A model generated the notes under the pieces. The model worked only from the letters and a program-made list of their open reading frames with translations. It had not been told where the DNA came from and did not search any database. A stretch of 34,126 nt of DNA, from positions 1-34,126 of IMG/VR virus record IMGVR_UViG_3300037296_000407; one strand, written 5' to 3'. Each line of letters opens with the position of its first letter. The first letter of the stretch is position 1. Made by a program: the position numbers and the translations under genes. The stretch comes from a virus. Taxonomy: Duplodnaviria; Caudoviricetes. Positions 28,195 to 34,126 of the stretch are shown piece by piece.

Positions 28195-28470
28195 CTAGTT
28201 GTTTACTTGTTTGTTGCCGTAAATTTCCTGAAACTTCTCGCTGCCTAAACGCATAAACTCTTCAATATCAGCTTCAAGCCATACCACACGGCCGCTCGAT
28301 ATTTTATGTGTTTTAGGAAACTGCCCTTTATCCATCAACCGGTATAACGACGTGCGGTGCATGCCGCACTTTTGCGCTACGTCTGCAGGGCGTAAATAGC
28401 GGTCGTTTATTGTTACCACCTCACCGCGTACATTGCGGCGGTAATGATCTGCTGCGATTAACTGGCTCAT
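28195..28470 (-). CDS. alpA: AlpA-family regulator / excisionase
   Basis: RYLR..DV..KCG..R.SLYRLM..G.FPK......RV.W.E.DI; ATG at 28470. Confidence 0.9.
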   Translation of the reverse strand: MSQLIAADHYRRNVRGEVVTINDRYLRPADVAQKCGMHRTSLYRLMDKGQFPKTHKISSGRVVWLEADIEEFMRLGSEKFQEIYGNKQVNN

Positions 28471-28859
28471 GCTGCGTCTTCCTTTTGTATTTCTATAAAA
28501 TCCCCCTCTGTTTTGGTATGTTGCAAGTGCGAAATATTCACAAACCAAAACAAAGAGGAAAAACTCATGTCAAACCCAATCTTGAGCGACTGCATAAAAG
28601 CACTTTCAAACAGTCTTACACTTGCAAATGGGCTCAACCATCCAGTTGACGACTCAAAAGCAAAATGCTTATTTAAAGCACTCCACAAAAAAGGCATTGC
28701 CTTAAGTGAAGATGAAGTACTTTTACTGGCTATCGAAAACAACTGGCCTGAAAAACACGCCAAAAAGCTAGCCGACATAGCACAGCGCATTAACGATGGA
28801 CGGCGTGTTAAAATTGACCGCGAAACAAGCTGGGGTGAAACCACCTTAGAAAAAGCCAT
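28467..28859 (-). CDS. Uncertain 130 aa ORF antisense to the DUF1889-like gene, translationally coupled at both ends
   Basis: TAATG overlap with the upstream gene and ATGA overlap with alpA; ends KEDAA like Cro. Confidence 0.4.
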   Translation of the reverse strand: MAFSKVVSPQLVSRSILTRRPSLMRCAMSASFLACFSGQLFSIASKSTSSSLKAMPFLWSALNKHFAFESSTGWLSPFASVRLFESAFMQSLKIGFDMSFSSLFWFVNISHLQHTKTEGDFIEIQKEDAA

Positions 28860-28875
28860 TAAAAATCATCCATAA
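28567..28875 (+). CDS. DUF1889 (YoaC-like) protein, antisense within the early operon
   Basis: L...N...GL.HP.D.S.AK..FK.L...G and W....A.KL...A..I..G..V motifs; GAGG RBS; extended -10 TGgTATGTT at 28514-28522. Confidence 0.75.
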   Translation: MSNPILSDCIKALSNSLTLANGLNHPVDDSKAKCLFKALHKKGIALSEDEVLLLAIENNWPEKHAKKLADIAQRINDGRRVKIDRETSWGETTLEKAIKNHP

Positions 28876-29287
28876 AACGTGACTCGAACGGGTTAAAGTC
28901 ATCTTCCATCCAACGAACGGCTAACGTAAGTAGGCTATAAAGCGCATTTTCGGCGGCAGCTATATCAACGTTTAACTGCGCTTTATATTCTGTCGCTGCT
29001 AGTGCTGCCTTCTCTACTGTTGTTAACTCGCCATTAGTTTTTTTACTAAGCACGCTTGGCATATCAGATGCTAACCGCCCATCTATAAAACCAAGCAACT
29101 GCTGTTTAAATCCGTCTACACCACCATGACACGCAGCAAAGTAGGTGCGAATTAAGGCTGTGTGATAATCAAGCGCGGCCATACATACTTTTTCTGACGC
29201 AGTAAAACGCTCGTCTTCGCGCAATGCTTCTTCTCTAACGCTAATATCCATTACATCAATTGGGTCTACTTCAATTTCAGTGCTCAT
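28859..29287 (-). CDS. Hypothetical acidic protein (142 aa) with an internal repeat
   Basis: ATGA coupling to cro; FTASEKVCMAALDYHTAL resembles LTTVEKAALAATEYKAQL. Confidence 0.7.
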   Translation of the reverse strand: MSTEIEVDPIDVMDISVREEALREDERFTASEKVCMAALDYHTALIRTYFAACHGGVDGFKQQLLGFIDGRLASDMPSVLSKKTNGELTTVEKAALAATEYKAQLNVDIAAAENALYSLLTLAVRWMEDDFNPFESRFMDDF

Positions 29288-29502
29288 GCTGCATCTTCCT
29301 TGTCGGTTTTAACGTGGTCGGCTAGTAACTCTGCTACCGTTACTTGGCCGTTTGTTAGTTCTGAAATACGGGTAATGTATTTCGCCGGGGCTTGGCCGTG
29401 ACGACTAACCCAGTGATGCACAACTGATTGTTTAGTGCCTAAAACTGTGGCGAGCTTGGTTTGCCCTCCAATTATTTTTACTGCTTTATCTATGGCTGAC
29501 AT
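29284..29502 (-). CDS. cro: Cro-like repressor (YdaS/Cro family)
   Basis: AI.KAV...GGQ..LA..LG..Q..V..W; ATG at 29502 after GGAG; divergent from CI. Confidence 0.9.
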   Translation of the reverse strand: MSAIDKAVKIIGGQTKLATVLGTKQSVVHHWVSRHGQAPAKYITRISELTNGQVTVAELLADHVKTDKEDAA

Positions 29503-29519
29503 TTTAATCTCCAATAGCC

Positions 29520-29665
29520 TCTAACCACTTTTTTCTATAATACGATCTCTTTTGGTGGTTTGTAAACCACTATTTGTTGTATTTAGGGAATAAAACCAAT
29601 AATAGATATTTGACTGTAACCACTTAAAGTTGTGATAATCTATCTAAAGCACACTTAAAGTGTTA
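29520..29665. promoter_or_regulatory. CI/Cro divergent switch region
   Basis: TTGACT-18-GATAAT on plus and TTTACA-18-TATTAT on minus; repeated AACCAC motifs, two of them as ACCAC-N5-GTTGT. Confidence 0.65.
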
Positions 29666-29689
29666 AAAAATAAACCTTTTGGAGATAAT

Positions 29690-30310
29690 ATGGATATTGC
29701 AAACCGCGTTAAAAAGTTAAGGAAGGCACTAGATTTAACTCAATATCAATTAGCTGAGTTAGTAGGTGTCGCACAAAATTCAATTCAAAAACTAGAAAAA
29801 GGCGACACTAAAAACCCGCGCAATATAGAGTCGCTTGCTAGAGCGCTAAAATGCACCCCTGAATTTTTACAGTTTGGCATCAGCGAGAATATTAATAGCA
29901 ACGTTTCGCCAGGACCTACGCTTAAAGCAGCGGTGCCATTAATCAGTTGGGTGCAAGCGGGGGCGTGGTCTGAAATAAGTGAAATAAAAGAATATGATGC
30001 TGACCGTTATTTATGCCCTGTAAAATGCAGTGATCTAACGTTTGTATTGAAAGTGCAAGGCGTAAGCATGGAACCAAAGTTCCATGAAGGTGATTTAATA
30101 TTTGTAGACCCAGAAGCAGAGTGCATACACGGCTCGTACGTAGTAGCCCGCCTAGACGACGACAACCACGCCACGTTTAAGCAGCTCATTATTGAAAGCG
30201 GCCAAAAGTTTTTAAAAGCCGCCAACCCTAATTGGCCTGAACAACTAATACCAATAAACGGCAATTGCACCTTAGTTGGAAAAGTAATATTTACGGGCAA
30301 GTCGCTTTAG
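29690..30310 (+). CDS. cI: CI repressor, HTH plus S24 autopeptidase
   Basis: XRE HTH; VQAG cleavage site, G.SM.P serine and TFK lysine motifs; ATG at 29690 after GGAG. Confidence 0.94.
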   Translation: MDIANRVKKLRKALDLTQYQLAELVGVAQNSIQKLEKGDTKNPRNIESLARALKCTPEFLQFGISENINSNVSPGPTLKAAVPLISWVQAGAWSEISEIKEYDADRYLCPVKCSDLTFVLKVQGVSMEPKFHEGDLIFVDPEAECIHGSYVVARLDDDNHATFKQLIIESGQKFLKAANPNWPEQLIPINGNCTLVGKVIFTGKSL

Positions 30311-30329
30311 TTTACTAAATTACAGACAC

Positions 30330-30360
30330 AAAAAAGCCCGCACTTAGCGGGCTTGGTTTT
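30330..30360. terminator. Bidirectional intrinsic terminator
   Basis: A6-GCCCGC-actta-GCGGGC-ttggtttt between convergent genes. Confidence 0.85.
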
Positions 30361-30369
30361 ATTTGTTTA

Positions 30370-30993
30370 TTAAATCCATTTCTTTAATTTTAGCAGTATT
30401 ACTGCAGACTCTGAAAGTGACTGGTTTGCCGTTAATTTCTGATTTCCACCTAAATAAAACTCATCAAGTTCGGCGGTCAACTCTTTAGCGTATGGTTTTA
30501 GGTCATCCATACTTTTAATGTTATTCATAATTTTTGGCGAAAGCGTTTTCTCTGTCCAGAAATGCGCAAGAACGTTGGCAGAAATAGCTAACTTTTGATC
30601 GCTAGTATAACTTGCCCAATTTTTCCCATTCATTTCTCCATAACTTATTTTAATATTATGGACGTACCATTCTTTTTCGCTTTTCTCTTTTTGCTCTACT
30701 GCTATTGGTTTTGTTGTTGACTCAGAATCACTACCACCGCCAATTGCCGCGGCAATAATAATTAAAACTAACCCAAATATATTCGCTCCTTTTTGGGTTA
30801 TTTCTGCATGAGTCACGCCCTTTTCTTCTGACGATTTTTTATTTTTAGAATTAATTTTGTTGAGGATTGGCGGTATTAAAAAGCCAATCGCGAAAAAACA
30901 TATAATACCCGCCAGCACTTCCCCATTATCAAAATGCTTTCCTACACTCGCAATTGCCAATATACCTAACACCCAACCTATTACTTTAGCCAT
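30370..30993 (-). CDS. Membrane-anchored moron protein (about 3 TM segments plus a soluble C-terminal domain)
   Basis: Three hydrophobic segments in the N-terminal 85 aa; AT-rich; has its own upstream region. Confidence 0.75.
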   Translation of the reverse strand: MAKVIGWVLGILAIASVGKHFDNGEVLAGIICFFAIGFLIPPILNKINSKNKKSSEEKGVTHAEITQKGANIFGLVLIIIAAAIGGGSDSESTTKPIAVEQKEKSEKEWYVHNIKISYGEMNGKNWASYTSDQKLAISANVLAHFWTEKTLSPKIMNNIKSMDDLKPYAKELTAELDEFYLGGNQKLTANQSLSESAVILLKLKKWI

Positions 30994-31031
30994 GCCTAAT
31001 CCTTATATTTTCCATAATGTTGCAAAGGTAT

Positions 31032-31077
31032 AGATTAAGTTTTCATTCAGGTTTTAACAACCTGTGGATTTATACAG
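31032..31077 (-). promoter_or_regulatory. Promoter with an adjacent LexA box upstream of the membrane moron
   Basis: Minus strand CTGTATAAATCCACAG (31062-31077), followed by TTGTTA-17-TAATCT. Confidence 0.65.
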
Positions 31078-31096
31078 GTAATAAATTGCAGGCATT

Positions 31097-31125
31097 AAAA
31101 AGCCCGCTAAGTGCGGGGTTTGTTT
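31097..31125. terminator. Intrinsic terminator ending the aca2 operon
   Basis: A5-GCCCGC-taagt-GCGGGG-tttgttt; U-tract on the minus strand; overlaps the stop of the 201 aa gene. Confidence 0.75.
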
Positions 31126-31712
31126 GTTTTATACCAGCGCCTAAAATAGGCATTCATTGCGCTTCTATATTGCAAGTATTTATAGGGTTCTGCGCCTTTT
31201 AATTTTTTAACGTAATTTGACCGCCAAAGCTTACTGTATTCGTTTTGCTTTTGAATAAGCGCTTGCCGCTGCTTTTGTGGTAACGCATTTAAGCGCTTTA
31301 TTCTCATTTGATAACGCTTTTTCTCATAAAGTTGGTCTGCTAATTGCCTTTTTTTATGCCGCTGTTTGTTGTGATTGGGGTTTAACTCAATCAGTTTGTA
31401 ATAGCGCCGCTTGTGTTTTGCTTTGATTTGCTGGTGCTGGCATTCATCGGAACATGTATTGCGTTTAACTCCCCAGTCATCATTTTTAATGGGGGCGCTG
31501 CAAATTACACACGGGCCACGGCGGCACGTTTTGCACGCTGGTTTTTGGCCTTTAGTTAAAGCGCTTTGGTCAACGTCTAGTGTATTACCGCACAAGCATT
31601 GGCATTGCCACACTTTTACAAAATTACGGCCGTGCTTAACATGGCCAACAAGGCGAACTACACGCAGTGCATGAAATTTACAGCCGGTGTAGTCGGTTTC
31701 TAACCCTGCCAT
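31107..31712 (-). CDS. Cys-rich basic protein (CxCxCG domain, CxxC...CSxxC zinc ribbon, basic helices)
   Basis: WQCQCLCG, CKTC, CVIC...CSDEC; ATG directly after the aca2 stop. Confidence 0.7.
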   Translation of the reverse strand: MAGLETDYTGCKFHALRVVRLVGHVKHGRNFVKVWQCQCLCGNTLDVDQSALTKGQKPACKTCRRGPCVICSAPIKNDDWGVKRNTCSDECQHQQIKAKHKRRYYKLIELNPNHNKQRHKKRQLADQLYEKKRYQMRIKRLNALPQKQRQALIQKQNEYSKLWRSNYVKKLKGAEPYKYLQYRSAMNAYFRRWYKTNKPRT

Positions 31713-32066
31713 TTAAATTGTTTCTTCTACTCGCCATTTTTCGGCTTCGCGTTCGCACAAAAGCGCGGCGGCCACTGATTGTGCTAAGCGCCATTTTATG
31801 AGGCTTGCGCCTGTTTTGTTATAAAATTCATCGTAGTCGGCAAAATACTGATACATAGGATCGGTTTTGCTGTATTGCACTTGCAACATATCTAATCGCG
31901 TAAGCGCTAGCATTTGCATTGTTTGCTGTACGTCGCCTGGTATTGCGCGGTCGCCCTTCTCCCAGCGCTGCCATGTGCGCGGTTCGCAGTTGCCAATATA
32001 TTTTGCGGCTTCTGTTACATCTAAAAAAAGTAATGTGCGCAGTTGTTTTATTTCGTTGTTGTTCAT
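31713..32066 (-). CDS. aca2: Anti-CRISPR-associated protein Aca2 (YdiL/DUF1870 HTH)
   Basis: N.E....R.LL.LDV.EAA..IG....R.WQ.WE.G.R..P.DV...M and C-terminal WRL.QSVAA match Aca2; cognate operator upstream. Confidence 0.92.
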   Translation of the reverse strand: MNNNEIKQLRTLLFLDVTEAAKYIGNCEPRTWQRWEKGDRAIPGDVQQTMQMLALTRLDMLQVQYSKTDPMYQYFADYDEFYNKTGASLIKWRLAQSVAAALLCEREAEKWRVEETI

Positions 32067-32080
32067 AATTTTTCTCGCAG

Positions 32081-32104
32081 TAAAAAGCGGCGCTGTGGCC
32101 GCTT
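32081..32104 (-). terminator. Terminator-like hairpin between the candidate acr and aca2
   Basis: AAGCGGC-cacagc-GCCGCTT TTT on the minus strand. Confidence 0.6.
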
Positions 32105-32108
32105 GTTG

Positions 32109-32315
32109 TTATTTTTTCCAGAAAGCAAACTGCTCTTTGTACTTATGTTCGGCCTCTTTCCTTGTGATCGCTTGAGCATAATCTCTTTTATCAACAAACT
32201 GATCACGCTCCTTTTTTGTCTCGAAACGATGAAGGTCGTTTACACCTAATTCAGCACCAAACTGATTACACTCTGTAGCCTGTTCATCTTTGTAAATAGT
32301 CGTTGCATAAAACAT
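32109..32315 (-). CDS. Candidate anti-CRISPR/anti-defence protein (68 aa)
   Basis: Small charged ORF directly upstream of aca2, behind an Aca2-type promoter; no known Acr recognised. Confidence 0.7.
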   Translation of the reverse strand: MFYATTIYKDEQATECNQFGAELGVNDLHRFETKKERDQFVDKRDYAQAITRKEAEHKYKEQFAFWKK

Positions 32316-32317
32316 AA

Positions 32318-32414
32318 TATTCTCACTTTCTTTGAGTAGGCTCGACCCCTTGCCGAACCGTTAAATATATTATGGTCGCATTTGCGACCGATTGCAAGTG
32401 TTTTATTGAATTAC
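32318..32414 (-). promoter_or_regulatory. Aca2-type promoter/operator/5'UTR cassette, copy 1
   Basis: TTGCAA(32392-97)-17-CATAAT(32369-74); inverted repeat GGTCGCA-tt-TGCGACC at 32374-32389; UTR hairpin GGTTCGGC-aaggg-GTCGAGCC. Confidence 0.88.
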
Positions 32415-32425
32415 CTAAAAATTAA

Positions 32426-32803
32426 TTAATAAGCCTCTTGCACCATTTCTACTGAGCGAACCCACGCGCATACTAAGCCGCCTTTGGTGAATGCTTTGCC
32501 AAAAAACTTGCCGTTGCTTAAGTTTCTTTTTGCTTTTTCTAATTCGTAAGTTGCTTTGAATTCTTGTAGTCCGTGGGTATATGATTTTTTAACTGCGCGA
32601 GTATTTAGCGCTAAGCTACTAGATACTTTTGCAATGCGTCTGTTCATTGCGGCAAATAACACTTCATCAGCTGCATTGCTCGTTAATGATTTTATGATTT
32701 TTTTTAGCGACATTGACAAGTAAACGATATAGTCACCGCCGTTTTCAAGCTGGTATGCTTTAGCTAGTTTGTGTGCTGCTTTGAAGATTTCTGATTTAGT
32801 CAT
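32426..32803 (-). CDS. Candidate anti-CRISPR/anti-defence protein (125 aa, basic)
   Basis: ATG at 32803 at the same cassette position as the 68 aa gene start; begins MTKSEIFKAAHKLAK. Confidence 0.7.
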   Translation of the reverse strand: MTKSEIFKAAHKLAKAYQLENGGDYIVYLSMSLKKIIKSLTSNAADEVLFAAMNRRIAKVSSSLALNTRAVKKSYTHGLQEFKATYELEKAKRNLSNGKFFGKAFTKGGLVCAWVRSVEMVQEAY

Positions 32804-32806
32804 TTT

Positions 32807-32902
32807 TATTCTCACTTTGTTTGAGTTGGTTCGACCCTTGCCGAACCGTTAAATATATTATGGTCGCAATTACGACCAATTGCAAGCGATTTATTGAATT
32901 AC
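32807..32902 (-). promoter_or_regulatory. Aca2-type promoter/operator/5'UTR cassette, copy 2
   Basis: TTGCAA(32880-85)-17-CATAAT(32857-62); inverted repeat TGGTCGCAATTACGACCA; hairpin GGTTCGGC-aagg-GTCGAACC. Confidence 0.88.
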
Positions 32903-34126
32903 TTTTAAAATAAACTTTTCCCACACTTCTATACTTTGGCGTTTCTCTTTCATGTAATCGTATCTGTCGTAGTGAACGCTTGATACGTCAAACTTGTTAT
33001 GCTGCTGGAGTATGTCGCGGTTTATCTTATCTATGCCTGCTTTGCCCATAAGTGTTTTACATGTACGCCTTAAATCTCGCGGGTTGAAATGGGGCACGTT
33101 GTTTTTTTCACTCCAGCGTATTATTGCCATTCTTAATGTTGATACGTGGGCGGTTGCTGTTGGGTTGTCGCGATGCGGGAACATTTGCCCGGCTTTGCCG
33201 CTTTGCTGCATTAGCTCTTGTATTGTTGGTATTGCGGTTTCGCATAATGGCACTATGTGATCGCCCCGCTGTTTTACTTTTATTCGGCTTGCAGGAATTG
33301 TGAATGTTTTGTTTTTTATATCAAAGTCACTTACGTACGAGCCATAAACTTCGTTTACACGTTGGCCACCAAGTAACAATGCTAGTTTTATGTATTGGTG
33401 GGTGTAATAAGGTAGGTCGTCGGCATTCCATACTTTTTTAAGCTCTTCTTCGTTTAACCAGCGTTCGCCTTTGTTTTTTGGCGTTTCAAAATTTATGTCT
33501 CTGATGAAGTTGGTTTTTATATCGTAGTGATTTGGCTTTTTGTATTGCTCCGGTGAGTTATCAAAGTCGATAGCGAATTTTAATATGCTCATTAGTACGC
33601 TGCGAACTAGGCGAGCTTGTTCTTTAGCGCCGCGATTGTAAACACGGTAAATAATGTCGCGGGCCATATCTATTGTGAACTCGTCGGGCATTAAATCGGG
33701 CGCCATAAACGGGGTGAGGTTTCGCTTTATTAGCTTTTCGGTCCGGTCGATTGTTGATGCTGCCCAGCGAGTGCTTATGTATACGTTAAAATCATCAAGC
33801 ATTTGATGCATTGTTTTTTTAGCTGCTGATTCAAACTTGGCTTTTTGGTTTTGCAGGCGCTGTTCTTGTGGGTCGATATTGTCACTTAGCAATGCTGATA
33901 TTTTTGCATGTTTACTGCGCGCTGTTTTCAGATCAACAATTGGGTAGTTGCCAAGGCCTATCACTTTACGCTTGCCGTTTATATGATATTGAACGCGAAA
34001 CGTTTTAGCGCCCGATTCACTAACTCTTATTTGCAAGCGCCCTTCCCCATAATTACCTGATTCAGTTAATACATAGCGTTTTTCTTTTGCTTTAAGTGCT
34101 TTTATTGATTTGTCTGTAAAGTTCAT
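32891..34126 (-). CDS. int: Tyrosine integrase with an Arm DNA-binding domain (P4-like)
   Basis: N-terminal FTDK.I..LK, G.K.F, LG.YP..L..AR; catalytic GQR..E, RDLRRT, H and HYDRY motifs. Confidence 0.96.
   Translation of the reverse strand: MNFTDKSIKALKAKEKRYVLTESGNYGEGRLQIRVSESGAKTFRVQYHINGKRKVIGLGNYPIVDLKTARSKHAKISALLSDNIDPQEQRLQNQKAKFESAAKKTMHQMLDDFNVYISTRWAASTIDRTEKLIKRNLTPFMAPDLMPDEFTIDMARDIIYRVYNRGAKEQARLVRSVLMSILKFAIDFDNSPEQYKKPNHYDIKTNFIRDINFETPKNKGERWLNEEELKKVWNADDLPYYTHQYIKLALLLGGQRVNEVYGSYVSDFDIKNKTFTIPASRIKVKQRGDHIVPLCETAIPTIQELMQQSGKAGQMFPHRDNPTATAHVSTLRMAIIRWSEKNNVPHFNPRDLRRTCKTLMGKAGIDKINRDILQQHNKFDVSSVHYDRYDYMKEKRQSIEVWEKFILKVIQ

Larger units (their letters stand above)
28465..29301. 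repeat. 20 bp direct repeats flanking a two-to-three gene cassette
   Basis: gctcatgctgcgtcttcctt (28465-28484) and gctcatgctgcatcttcctt (29282-29301), one mismatch. Confidence 0.8.
1..34126. mobile_element. P2-like (HP1/K139-type) temperate prophage, near complete; att sites outside the window
   Basis: Full set of head (Q,P,O,N,M,L), contractile tail, lysis, gpA replicase, ogr, CI/Cro and integrase genes in conserved P2/HP1-like order. Confidence 0.97.

Noticed and set aside
32109-32315. Identification as AcrIF9 (same length, aca2-linked)
   Set aside because: No recognisable sequence similarity
32318-32902. Direct repeats as a CRISPR mini-array, RNA anti-CRISPR or att sites
   Set aside because: Only two ~97 bp copies separated by a gene; they are explained as promoter/operator/UTR and do not resemble CRISPR repeats I know
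1-34126. tRNA, rRNA, IS elements, invertase, reverse transcriptase
   Set aside because: None recognised by eye; a tRNAscan/Infernal run would be needed to exclude small RNAs

Overview
The window is a near-complete, apparently intact temperate myovirus prophage of the P2-like (HP1/K139-type) group. It is trimmed exactly at gene ends, from the baseplate spike stop codon at 1 to the integrase start codon at 34126, so att sites are not visible. The host is probably a marine gammaproteobacterium such as Pseudoalteromonas, which is a weak inference. From left to right it carries tail/baseplate genes, a lysis cassette, tube and sheath, an SGNH-esterase insert, head genes, terminase and portal, a PapB-like regulator and ogr, an early operon (gpA rolling-circle replicase, adenine methyltransferase, AlpA, Cro), a lambda-like cleavable CI, a membrane moron, an Aca2 operon and a P4-type integrase. 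Highlights: (1) an aca2-linked anti-defence locus with two unrecognised small genes, each behind its own copy of a ~97 bp promoter/operator/5'UTR-hairpin cassette, making them candidate new anti-CRISPR or anti-defence proteins; (2) a gpM terminase frame whose conserved N-terminus lacks a start codon and is probably reached by a -1 frameshift at A_AAA_AAG; (3) a repeat-flanked cassette with an antisense DUF1889-like gene overlapped by a sense ORF coupled at both ends; (4) LexA boxes at ogr and at the membrane moron; (5) an Mtd-like (DGR-target-type) tail fibre with no RT or template repeat seen. All family assignments come from motif recognition by eye, not database searches.
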